A stretch of DNA of 64,000 nucleotides from Eledone cirrhosa. Lineage: Eukaryota. Below are positions 1 to 12,030 of the stretch, one piece after another (position 1 is the first letter of the stretch; every line of letters starts with the position of its first letter). The notes beneath the pieces are model-generated. The model made no database searches and was not told the origin of the DNA. It worked only from the letters and a program-made list of their open reading frames with translations. Position numbers and translations under genes: made by a program. The stretch lies in assembly GCA_964016885.1 (NCBI GenBank), contig OZ024740.1:9176001-9240000 (forward strand), written 5' to 3'.

Positions 1-3000
1 ATCAGTTTCTATTGGTATGTCAGTTTCGATTGGTATGTTAGTCCTCGATTTGTATATCAGTTTCTATTGGTATATCAATTTCGATTGGTAGGTCAGTTTC
101 TATTGGTATATCAGTTTCTATTGGTATGTCAGTTTTGATTGGTATGTCAGTTTCTATTGGTATATCAGTTTCGATTGGTATATCAGTTTCTATTGTTATA
201 TCAGTTCCAATTGGTATATCAGTTTCGATTAGTATATCAGTTTCTATTTGTATATCAGTCCCCATTGGTATATCAGTTTCAATTGGTATGTCAGTTTCGA
301 TTGGTATATCAGTTTCGCTTGATATATCCGTTTCGACTAGTATATCAGTTTCTATTGGTATGTCAGTTTCGATTAGTATATCAGTTTCTATTGGTATATC
401 AGTTTCGATTGGTATGTTAGTTTCTTTTGGTATGTCAGTTTTATTGGTATGTCAATTTCAATTGGTATATCAGTTTATATTTGTATGTCAGTTTCGATTG
501 GTATGTCAGTTTCTATTGGTATATCAGTTTTGATTGGTATGTTAGTTTCTATTGGTATGTCAGGTCCGATTGGTATGTTAGTCCGCGATTCGTACATAAG
601 TTTCTATTGGTATATCAATTTAGATTGGTATGTCAGTTTCTATTGGTCTGTTAGTTTCTATTGGTATATCAGTTTCTATTGGTATGACAGTTTTGATTGG
701 TATGTCAGTTTCTATTGGTATATCAGTTTCGATTGGTATATCAGTTTCTATTGGTATATCAGTTCCGATTGGTATATCAGTTTCGATTGCTATGTCAGTT
801 TCGATTAGTATATCAGTTTCTATTGGTATGTCAGTTATGATTGGTATGTCAGTTTCTATTGGTATATCAGTTTCTATTGGTATATCAATTTCGATTGGTA
901 TGTCAGTTTCTATTGGTATGTCAGTTTCTATTGGTATATCAATTTCGATTGATATGCCAGTTTCGATTGGTATGTCAGTTTCGATTTGTATGTCAGTTTC
1001 GATTGGTATATCAGTTTCGATTAGTATGTCAGTTTCTATTGGTATATCGGTTTCCATTGGTATATCAGTTTCGATTAGTATATAAGTTTCGATTGGTATG
1101 TCAGTTTCTATTGGTATGTCAGTTTCTATTGGTATGTCAGTTTCAATTGGTATATCAGTTTCAATTGGTATGTCAGTTTTATTGGTATGTCAATTTCGAT
1201 TGGTATATCAGTTTTGATTGGTACGTCAGTTTCTATTGGTATATCAGTTTATATTTGTATGTCAGTTTCGATTGGTATCTCAGTTTCTATTGGTATATCA
1301 GTTTTGATTGCTATGTTAGTTTCGATTGGTATATCAGTTTTGATTGATATATCAATTTCTACGTGTATATCAGTTCAGATTGGTATATCAGTTTTGATTG
1401 GTATGTCAGTTTTGATTGGTATGTCAGTTTCTATTGGTATATCAGTTTCTATTGGTATATCAGTTTCTATTGGTATATCAGTTTCTATTGGTATGTTAGT
1501 TTCTATTGGTATATCAGTTTTGATTGGTATGTTAGTTTCTATTGGTATGTCAGTTTCGATTAGTATATCAGTTTCTATTGGTATGTCAGTTTCGATTGGT
1601 ATGTTAGTCCTCGATTCGTATGTCAGTTTCTATTGGTATATCAATTTCGATTGGTAGGTCAGTTTCTATTGGTATATCAGTTTCTATTGGTATGCCAGTT
1701 TTGATTAGTATGTCAGTTTCTATTGGTATATCAGTTTCGATTGGTATATCAGTTTCTATTGTTATATCACTCCCGATTGGTATATCAGTTTCTATTGGTA
1801 TATCAGTTTCGATTGGTATGTTAGATTCTATTGGTATGTGAGTTTATATTTGTATGTCAGTTTCGATTGGTATGTCAGTTTCTATTGGTATATCAGTTTT
1901 GATTGGTATGTTAGTTTCTATTGGTATGTCAGTTCCGATTGGTATGTTAGTCCTCGATTTGTATGTCAATTTCTATTGGTATATCAATATCGATTGGTAT
2001 GTCAGTTTCTATTGGTATGTCAGTTTCTATTCGTATATCAATTTCGATTGGTATATCAGTTTCGATTAGTATGTCAGTTTCGATTCATATGTCAGTTTCG
2101 ATTGGTATCTCAGTTTCGATTGGTTTGTCAGTTTCAATTTGTATGTCAGTTTCTATTGGTATATCAGTTTCGATTGGTATATCAGTGTCGATTGGTATGT
2201 CAGTTTCGATTAGTATATCAGTGTCGATTGGTATGTCAGTTTCGATGAGTATATCAGTTTCTATTGGTATGTCAGTTTCTATTGGTATATCAGTTTCTAT
2301 TGGTATATCAGTTTCTATTGGTATGTTAGTTTCTATTTGTATATCAGTTTTGATTGGTATGTTAGTTTCTATTGGTATATCAGTTTCAATTGGTATGTCA
2401 GTTTTATTGGTATGTCAATTTCGATTGGTATATCAGTTTCGATTGGTATGTCAATTTCGATTGGTATGTCAGTTTAGATTTGTATATCAGTTTGAATTTG
2501 TATGTTAGTTTCGATTGGTATGTCAGTTTCGATTGGTATGTCAGTTTCTATTGGTATATCAATATCGATTCATATATCGGTTTCAATTAGTATATCAGTT
2601 TCTATTGATGTGTCAGTTTCAAATGGTATATCAGTTTCGATTAGTATGTCAGTTTCTATTATTATGTCAGTATGTATTGGTATATCAGTTTCAATTGGTA
2701 TATCAGTTTCTATTGGTATGTCAGTTTTATTGGTATGTCAGTTTCGATTGGTATATCAGTTTCTGTTGGTATGTCAATTTCGATTATTATGTCAGTTTAT
2801 ATTGGAATATCAGTTTCTATTGGTATGTCAGTTTTGACTAGTATATCAGTCTCTATTGGTATGTCAATTTCGATTGGTATGTCTATTTCGATTGGTATAT
2901 CAGTTTCTACATGTATGTCAGTCTCGATTGGTATATCAGTTTCTATTGGTATATCAGTTCCGATTGGTATATCAGTTTCGATTGGTATGTCAGTTTATAT

Positions 3001-6000
3001 TGGAATATCAGTTTCGATTGATATATCAGTTTTGATTAGTATGTCAGTTTCTATTGGTATGTCAGTTTCGATTAGTATATCAGTTTCTATTGGTATGTCA
3101 GTTTCGATTGGTATGTCAGTTTCTATTGGTATATCAGTTTAGGTTGGTATATCAGTTTCGATTGGTATGTCAGTTTCTCTTGGTATGTCAGTTTCTATTG
3201 GTATGTCAGTTTCAATTGGTATATCAGTTTCAATTGGTATGTCAGTTTAATTGGTACGTCAATTTTGATTGGTATATCAGTTTCGATTGGTATGTCAGTT
3301 TCTATTGGTATTTCAGTTTATATTTGTATGTCAGTTTCGATTTGTATGTCAGTTTCTATTGTTATATCAGTTTTGATTGGTATGTTAGTTTCTATTGGTA
3401 TGTCAGTTCCGATTGGTATGTTAGTCCTCGATTTGTATGTCAGTTTCTATTGGTATATCAATTTCGATTGGTATGTCTGTTTCTATTGGTATGTCAGTTT
3501 CTATTGGTATATCAGTTTCGATTGGTATGTCAGTTTCAATTAGTATATCAGTTTCGAATCATATGTCAGTTTCGATTGGTATGTCAGTTTCGATTGGTAT
3601 GTCAGTTTCAATTTGTATGTCAGTTTCGATTGGTATATCAGTTTCGATTAGTATGTCAGTTTCTATTGGTATATCAGTTTCTATTTGTATGTCAGTTTTG
3701 ATTGGTATGTCAGTTTCCATTGGTATATCAGTTTCGATTGGTATATCAGTGTCGATTGGTATGTCAGTTTCGATTAGTATATCAGTGTCGATTGGTATGT
3801 CAGTTTCGATTAGTATATCAGTTTCTATTGGTATGTCAGTTTCTATTGTATATCAGTTTCTATTCGTATGTTAGTTTCTATTTGTATATCAGTTTTGATT
3901 GGTATGTTAGTTTCTATTGGTATGTCAGTTTCGATTAGTATATCAGTTTCTATTAGTATGTCAGTTTCGATTTGTATGTCAGTTTCTATTGGTATGTCAG
4001 TTTCGATTGGTATGTCAGTTTCGATTGGTATGTCAGTTTCAATTTGTATGTCAGTTTCTATTGGTATGTCAGTTTCGATTAGTATATCAGTTTCTATTAG
4101 TATATCAGTTTCGATTAGTATGTCAGTTTCTATTGGTATGTCAGTTTTGATTAGTATATCAGTTTCTATTGGTATATCAGTTTCGATTGGTATGTCAGTT
4201 TCTATTGGTATATCAGTGTCGATTGGTATGTCAGTTTCGATTAGTATATCAGTTTCTATTGGTATGTTAGTTTCTATTTGTATATCAGTTTTGATTGGTA
4301 TGTTAGTTTCTATTGGTATGTCAGTTTCGATTAGTATACCAGTTTCTTTTAGTATGTCAGTTTCGATTTGTATGTCAGTTTCTATTGGTATATCAATTTC
4401 GATTGGTATATCAGTTTCAATTGGTATGTCAGTTTTGATTGGTATGTCAGTTTCTATTGGTATATCAGTTTCGATTGATATATCAGTTTCGATTAGTATG
4501 TCAGTTTCTATTGGTATGTAAGTTTCGATTAGTATATCAGTTTCTATTGGTATATCAGTTTCGATTGGTATGTCAGTTTCGATTGGTATATCAGTTTCGA
4601 TTGGTATATATGTTTTGATTAGTATATAGGTTTCGATTGGTATGTCAGTTTCTATTGGTATGTCAGTTTCTATTGGTATGTCAGTTTCTATTGGTATGTC
4701 AGTTTCAATTGGTATATCAGTTTCAATTGTTATGTCAGTTTTATTGGTATGTCAATTTCGATTGGTATATCAGTTTCGATTGGTATATCAGTTTCTATTG
4801 GTATATCAGATTATATTTGTATGTCAGTTTCGATTGGTATCTCAGTTTCTATTGGTATATTAGTTTTGATTGGTATGTTAGTTTCGATTGGTATATCAGT
4901 TTCGATTGGTATATCAATTTCTACGTGTATATCAGTTCCGATTGGTATATCAGTTTCGATTGGTATGTCAGTTTCGATTGGTATGTCAGTTTCTATTGGT
5001 ATATCAGTTTATATTTGTATGTCAGTTTCGATTGGTATGTCAGTTTCGATTGGTATATCAGTTTCTATTGGTATATCAGTTTCTATTGATATGTTAGTTT
5101 CTATTGGTATATCAGTTATTATTGGTATGTTAGTTTCTATTGGTATGTCAGTTTCGATTAGTATATCAGTGTCTAATGGTATGTCAGTTTCGATTGGTAT
5201 GTTAGTCCTCGATTTGTATATCAATTTCGATTGGTAGGTCAGTTTCTATTAGTATATCAGTTTCTATTGGTATGTCAGTTTCGATTGGTATGTTAGTCCT
5301 CGATTTGTATATCAGTTTCTATTGGTATATCAATTTCGATTGGTAGGTCAGTTTCTATTGGTATATCAGTTTCTATTGGTATGTCAGTTTTGATTGGTAT
5401 GTCAGTTTCTATTAGTATATCAGTTTCGATTGGTATATCAGTTTCTATTGTTATATCAGTTCCAATTGGTATATCAGTTTCGATTAGTATATCAGTTTCT
5501 ATTGGTATATCAGTCCCCATTGGTATATCAGTTTCAATTGGTATGTCAGTTTCGATTGGTATATCAGTTTCGATTGATATATCCGTTTCGATTAGTATAT
5601 CAGTTTCTATTGGTATGTCAGTTTCGATTAGTATATCAGTTTCTATTGGTATATCAGTTTCGATTGGTATGTTAGTTTCTTTTGGTATGTCAGTTTTATT
5701 GGTATGTCAATTTCAATTGGTATATCAGTTTATATTTGTATGTCAGTTTCGATTGGTATGTCAGTTTCTATTGGTATATCAGTTTTGATTGGTATGTTAG
5801 TTTCTATTGGTATGTCAGGTCCGATTGGTATGTTAGTCCGCGATTCGTACATCAGTTTCTATTGGTATATCAATTTAGATTGGTATGTCAGTTTCTATTG
5901 GTCTGTTAGTTTCTATTGGTATATCAGTTTCTATTGGTATGACAGTTTTGATTGGTATGTCAGTTTCTATTGGTATATCAGTTTCGATTGGTATATCAGT

Positions 6001-6376
6001 TTCTATTGGTATATCAGTTCCGATTGGTATATCAGTTTCGATTGGTATGTCAGTTTCGATTAGTATATCAGTTTCTATTGGTATGTCAGTTATGATTGGT
6101 ATGTCAGTTTCTATTGGTATATCAGTTTCTATTGGTATATCAATTTCGATTGGTATGTCAGTTTCTATTGGTATGTCAGTTTCTATTGGTATATCAATTT
6201 CGATTGGTATGCCAGTTTCGATTGGTATGTCAGTTTCGATTTGTATGTCAGTTTCGATTGGTATATCAGTTTCGATTAGTATGTCAGTTTCTATTGGTAT
6301 ATCGGTTTCCATTGGTATATCAGTTTCAATTGGTATGTCAGTTTCTATTGGTATATCAGTTTCTATTGGTATGTCA

Positions 6377-6726
6377 ATTTGATGGAGGCACATGGCTTAG
6401 TGGTTAGAGCATTGGCCTTGCAATCGAAAGGTTGTGAGTTCAATTCTCAGACTGGGTGATGTGTTGTTTCCTTGAGCAAGACACTTTATTTCACATTGCT
6501 CCAGTTTACTCAGCTGTAGAAATGAGATGATAGGGACTGGGGTCCATATCATTCCACTGTAAAGTGGTCGTGGAGGTGCCACAGCAAAAAAGCACCCAGC
6601 ACTCACTGTAAATGAGGTTGGTGTTAGGAAGGGCATCCAGCTGTAGAAATCAAGCCAGCATCAGTTCCCGTCCCACCCTTGCAAGCAGGGAAAAGCGGAC
6701 GTAAAATGAAATGAATGAAATGAATG
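6377..6726 (+). mobile_element. tRNA-derived SINE with a CORE-like central segment and an RTE-LINE-derived 3' end, (ATGAA/TGAA)n tail, TSD ATGTCA
   Basis: The head ggaggcacaTGGCTTAGTGGttagagc...gAGTTCAATTCt contains A and B boxes. The segment ccttgagcaagacacttt resembles the CORE-SINE motif (from memory). 6555-6668 matches the LINE 3'UTR at about 13450-13600. The TSD is at 6371-6376 and 6727-6732. The empty site at about 33506 explains the exact 356-bp offset change. Confidence 0.92.
6393..6447 (+). promoter_or_regulatory. RNA polymerase III type-2 internal promoter of the SINE (A box 6393-6403, B box 6437-6447)
   Basis: TGGCTTAGTGG fits the A-box consensus TRGCNNARYGG. AGTTCAATTCT is near the B-box consensus GGTTCRANNCC. 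The spacing is tRNA-like. Confidence 0.8.
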
Positions 6727-6962
6727 ATGTCAGTTTTGATTGGTATGTCAGTTTCTATTGGTATATCAGTTTTGATTGGTATATGAGTTTCTATTGGTAT
6801 ATCAGTTCCGATTGGTATATCAGTTTCGATTGGTATATCAGTTTCTATTGGTATATCAGTTTCGAGTGATATACCAGTTTCGATTAGTATGTCAGTTTCT
6901 ATTGGTATGTCAGTTTCGATTAGTATATCAGTTTCTATTGGTATGTCAGTTTCGATTGGTAT

Positions 6963-7358
6963 CATCATCATCATCATCAGATTTAGCGTCCGTGTTCCAC
7001 GCTAGCATGGGTTTGGACGGGGGTTTTCCCACTTGAGGCAAGAGTGGTTGTCTTGCTCGCATAGGACTGTCTGGCGGGTTTTCTACAGTTGGATGCCCTT
7101 CCTAACACCAACCACATTTACAGTGTGGGGCTGGGAGATTTTTACCGTGTTGCCTACACGGCCACATTACAGCGTGGACTGTCTGGCGGGTTTTCTACAG
7201 CTGGATGCCCTTCCTAACACCAACCACATTTACAGTGTGGGGCTGGGAGGTTTTTACCGTGTTGCCTACACGGCCACATTTACAGCGTGGACTGTGTGTT
7301 TTTTGTCGTGACACCTACACGATCTCATTTGTTTCGGCCTGGATGTTGTGGGACCAAC
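6963..7358 (-). mobile_element. 396-bp non-coding RTE-related retroposon fragment (3'UTR plus ATG-repeat tail), copy 1
   Basis: It starts with (CAT)n on the + strand. It shares ttccacgctagcatggg and ctacagctggatgcccttcctaacaccaacc with the LINE 3'UTR. There is an 8-bp TSD ATTGGTAT (6955-6962 and 7359-7366) and an internal 112/113-bp duplication (7064-7175, 7176-7288). Confidence 0.9.
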
Positions 7359-9439
7359 ATTGGTATGTCAGTTTTTATTGGTATATCAGTTTCGATTGGT
7401 ATATCAGTTTCGATTGGTATATCAGTTTCGATTGGTATGTCAGTTTATATTGGTATGTCAGTTTCTATTGGTATGTCACTTTCAATTGGTATATCAGTTT
7501 CGATTGATATGTCAGTGTTATTGGTACGTCAATTTCGATTGGTATATCAGTTTCGATTGGTATGTCAGTCTCTATTGGTATATCAGTTTATAATTGTATG
7601 TCAGTTTCGATTGGTATGTCAGTTTCTATTGGTATATCAGTTTTGATTGGATTGGTATGTTAGTTTCTATTGGTATGTCAGTTCCGATTGGTATGTTAGT
7701 CCTCGATTCGTATGTCAGTTTCTATTGGTATATCAATTTCGATTGGTATGTCAGTTTCTATTGGTATGTCAGTTTCTATTGGTATATCAGTTTCGATTGG
7801 TACGTCAGTTTTGATTGGTATGTCAGTTTCGATTGGTATGTTAGTCCTTGATTCGTATGTCAGTTTCTATTGGTATATCAATTTCGATTGGTATATCAGT
7901 TTCTATTGGTATGTCAGTTTTGATTGGTATGTAAGTTTCTATTGGTATATCAGTTTCGATTGGTATATCTGTGTCTGTTGTTATATCAGTTCCGATTGGT
8001 ATATCAGTTTCGATTAGTATGTCAGTTTCTATTGGTATATCAGTTTCGATTAATATATCAGTTTCGATTAGTATGTCAGTTTCTATTGGTATGTCAGTTT
8101 CGATTAGTATATCAGTTTCTATTGGTATATCAGTTTCGATTGGTATGTCAGTTTCTATTGGTATATCAGTTTCGATTGGTATATCAGTTTCGATTAGTAT
8201 ATAAGTTTCGATTGGTATGTCAGTTTACATTGGTATGTCAGTTTCTATTGGTATGTCAGTTTCAATTGGTATATCAGTTTCAATTGGTATGTCAGTTTTA
8301 TTGGTATGTCAATTTCGATTGGTATATCAGTTTCGATTGGTATGTCAGTTTCTATTGGTATATCAGTTTATATTTGTATGTTAGTTTCGATTGGTATCTC
8401 AGTTTCTATTGGTATATCAGTTTTGATTAGTATGTTAGTTTCGATTGGTATATCAGTTTTGATTGGTATGTCAGTTTTGATTGGTATGTCAGTTTCTATT
8501 GGTATATCAGTTTCTATTGGTATATCAGTTTCTATTGGTATGTTAGTTTCTATTGGTATATCAGTTATTATTGGTATGTTAGTTTCTATTGGTATGTCAG
8601 TTTCGATTAGTATATCAGTGTCTAATGGTATGTCAGTTTCGATTGGTATGTTAGTCCTCGATTTGTATATCAATTTCGATTGGTAGGTCAGTTTCTATTA
8701 GTATATCAGTTTCTATTGGTATGTCAGTTTCGATTGGTATGTTAGTCCTCGATTTGTATATCAGTTTCTATTGGTATATCAATTTCGATTGGTAGGTCAG
8801 TTTCTATTGGTATATCAGTTTCTATTGGTACGTCAGTTTTGATTGGTATGTCAGTTTCTATTGGTATATCAGTTTCGATTGGTATATCAGTTTCTATTGT
8901 TATATCAGTTCCAATTGGTATATCAGTTTCGATTAGTATATCAGTTTCTATTGGTATATCAGTCCCCATTGGTATATCAGTTTCAATTGGTATGTCAGTT
9001 TCGATTGGTATATCAGTTTCGATTGATATATCCGTTTCGATTAGTATATCAGTTTCTATTGGTATGTCAGTTTCGATTAGTATATCAGTTTCTATTGGTA
9101 TATCAGTTTCGATTGGTATGTTAGTTTCTTTTGGTATGTCAGTTTTATTGGTATGTCAATTTCAATTGGTATATCAGTTTATATTTGTATGTCAGTTTCG
9201 ATTGGTATGTCAGTTTCTATTGGCATATCAGTTTTAATTGGTATGTTAGTTTCTATTGGTATGTCAGGTCCGATTGGTATGTTAGTCCGCGATTCGTACA
9301 TCAGTTTCTATTGGTATATCAATTTAGATTGGTATGTCAGTTTCTATTGGTCTGTTAGTTTCTATTGGTATATCAGTTTCTATTGGTATGACAGTTTTGA
9401 TTGGTATGTCAGTTTCTATTGGTATATCAGTTTCGATTG

Positions 9440-10613
9440 GTATATCAGTTTCTATTGGTATATCAGTTCCGATTGGTATATCAGTTTCGATTGGTATGTC
9501 AGTTTCGATTAGTATATCAGTTTCTATTGGTATGTCAGTTATGATTGGTATGTCAGTTTCTATTGGTATATCAGTTTCTATTGGTATATCAATTTCGATT
9601 GGTATGTCAGTTTCTATTGGTATGTCAGTTTCTATTGGTATATCAATTTCGATTGGTATGTCAGTTTCGATTGGTATGTCAGTTTCGATTTGTATGTCAG
9701 TTTCGATTGGTATATCAGTTTCGATTAGTATGTCAGTTTCTATTGGTATATCGGTTTCCATTGGTATATCAGTTTCAATTGGTATGTCAGTTTCTATTGG
9801 TATATCAGTTTCTATTGGTATGTCAGTTTTGATTGGTATGTCAGTTTCTATTGGTATATCAGTTTTGATTGGTATATGAGTTTCTATTGGTATATCAGTT
9901 CCGATTGGTATATCAGTTTCGATTGGTATATCAGTTTCTATTGGTATATCAGTTTCGAGTGATATACCAGTTTCGATTAGTATGTCAGTTTCTATTGGTA
10001 TGTCAGTTTCGATTAGTATATCAGTTTCTATTGGTATATCAGTTCCGATTGGTATATCAGTTTCGATTGGTATGTCAGTTTCGATTAGTATATCAGTTTC
10101 TATTGGTATGTCAGTTATGATTGGTATGTCAGTTTCTATTGGTATATCAGTTTCTATTGGTATATCAATTTCGATTGGTATGTCAGTTTCTATTGGTATG
10201 TCAGTTTCTATTGGTATATCAATTTCGATTGGTATGTCAGTTTCGATTGGTATGTCAGTTTCGATTTGTATGTCAGTTTCGATTGGTATATCAGTTTCGA
10301 TTAGTATGTCAGTTTCTATTGGTATATCGGTTTCCATTGGTATATCAGTTTCAATTGGTATGTCAGTTTCTATTGGTATATCAGTTTCTATTGGTATGTC
10401 AGTTTTGATTGGTATGTCAGTTTCTATTGGTATATCAGTTTTGATTGGTATATGAGTTTCTATTGGTATATCAGTTCCGATTGGTATATCAGTTTCGATT
10501 GGTATATCAGTTTCTATTGGTATATCAGTTTCGAGTGATATACCAGTTTCGATTAGTATGTCAGTTTCTATTGGTATGTCAGTTTCGATTAGTATATCAG
10601 TTTCTATTGGTAT
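9440..10613 (+). repeat. 576-bp (32-monomer) tandem duplication (mirrored at 36219-37392)
   Basis: ORF pairs 9545/10121 and 9869/10445 have offset 576. The rare variant tcgagtgatataccag recurs at about 9955 and 10531. Confidence 0.9.
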
Positions 10614-10631
10614 GTCAGTTTCGATTGGTAT

Positions 10632-11027
10632 CATCATCATCATCATCAGGTTTAGCGTCCGTGTTCCACGCTAGCATGGGTTTGGATGGGGGTTTTCCCA
10701 CTTGAGGCAAGAGTGGTTGTCTTGCTCGCATAGGACTGTCTGGCGGGATTTCTACAGTTGGATGCCCTTCCTAACACCAACCACATTCACAGTGTGGGGC
10801 TGGGAGATTTTTACTGTGTTGCCTACACGGCCACATTACAGCGTGGACTGTCTGGCGGGTTTTCTACAGCTGGATGCCCTTCCTAACACCAACCACATTT
10901 ACAGTGTGGGGCTGGGAGGTTTTTACCGTGTTGCCTACACGGCCACATTTACAGCGTGGACTGTGTGTTTTTTGTCGTTACACCTACACGATCTCATTTG
11001 TTTCGGCCTGGATGTTGTGGGACCAAC
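10632..11027 (-). mobile_element. 396-bp RTE-related fragment, copy 2 (made by array duplication)
   Basis: It has the same junctions and TSD as copy 1. I counted 6 substitutions versus copy 1 by eye. Confidence 0.9.
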
Positions 11028-12030
11028 ATTGGTATGTCAGTTTCTATTGGTATATCAGTTTCTATTGGTATATCAGTTTCGATTGGTATATCAGTTTCGA
11101 TTGGTATGTCAGTTTAAATTGGTATGTCAGTTTCTATTGGTATGTCACTTTCAATTGGTATATCAGTTTCGATTGATATGTCAGTGTTATTGGTACGTCA
11201 ATTTCGATTGGTATATCAGTTTCGATTGGTATGTCAGTCTCTATTGGTATATCAATTTATAATTGTATGTCAGTTTCGATTGGTATGTCAGTTTCTATTG
11301 GTATATCAGTTTTGATTGGATTGGTATGTTAGTTTCTATTGGTATGTCAGTTCCGATTGGTATGTTAGTCCTCGATTCGTATGTCAGTTTCTATTGGTAT
11401 ATCAATTTCGATTGGTATGTCAGTTTCTATTGGTATGTCAGTTTCTATTGGTATATCAGTTTCGATTGGTACGTCAGTTTGATTGGTATGTCAGTTTCGA
11501 TTGGTATGTTAGTCCTTGATTTGTATGTCAGTTTCTATTGGTATATCAATTTCGATTGGTAGGTCAGTTTCTATTGGTATGTCAGTTTCAATTTGTATGT
11601 CAGTTTAGATTGGTATGTCAGTTCCTATTGGTATATCAGTTTCTATTTGTATGTCAGTTTCGATTGGTATGTCAGTTTCTATTGGTATATCAGTTTCGAT
11701 TGGTATGTTAGTTTCTATTGTCATGTCAGTTTCGATTAGTATATCACTTTCTATTGGTATGTCAGTTTCGATTGGTATGACAGTTTCGATTGGTATGTCA
11801 GTTTCTATTGGTATATCAGTTTCGATTGGTATGTCAGTTTTGATTGGTATATCAGTTTCTATTATTATAGCAGTTTCTATTGGTATGTGAGTTTCAATTG
11901 GTATATCAGTATCTATTGGTACATCAGTTCCGATTGGTATATCAGTTTCGATTGTTATGTCAGTTTCTATTGGTTTATCAGTTCCGATTGGTATATCAGT
12001 TTCGATTGGTATGTCAGTTTCTATTGGTAT

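Larger units (their letters stand above)
5100..11560 (+). repeat. Nested ~3.1-kb tandem duplication carrying the 396-bp RTE fragment (boundaries approximate; mirrored at about 32235-38340)
   Basis: ORF pair 5293/8742 has offset 3449 (3093 + 356 for the SINE), and 32428/35521 has offset 3093. The fragment copies are 3669 apart (3093 + 576). A further related block lies at about 1-1070 (offset 5255). Confidence 0.85.

Noticed and set aside
6384-6455. Functional tRNA gene
   Set aside because: A and B boxes are present, but the anticodon and acceptor stems pair poorly. It runs on into a SINE body, tail and TSD, so no isotype is assigned.
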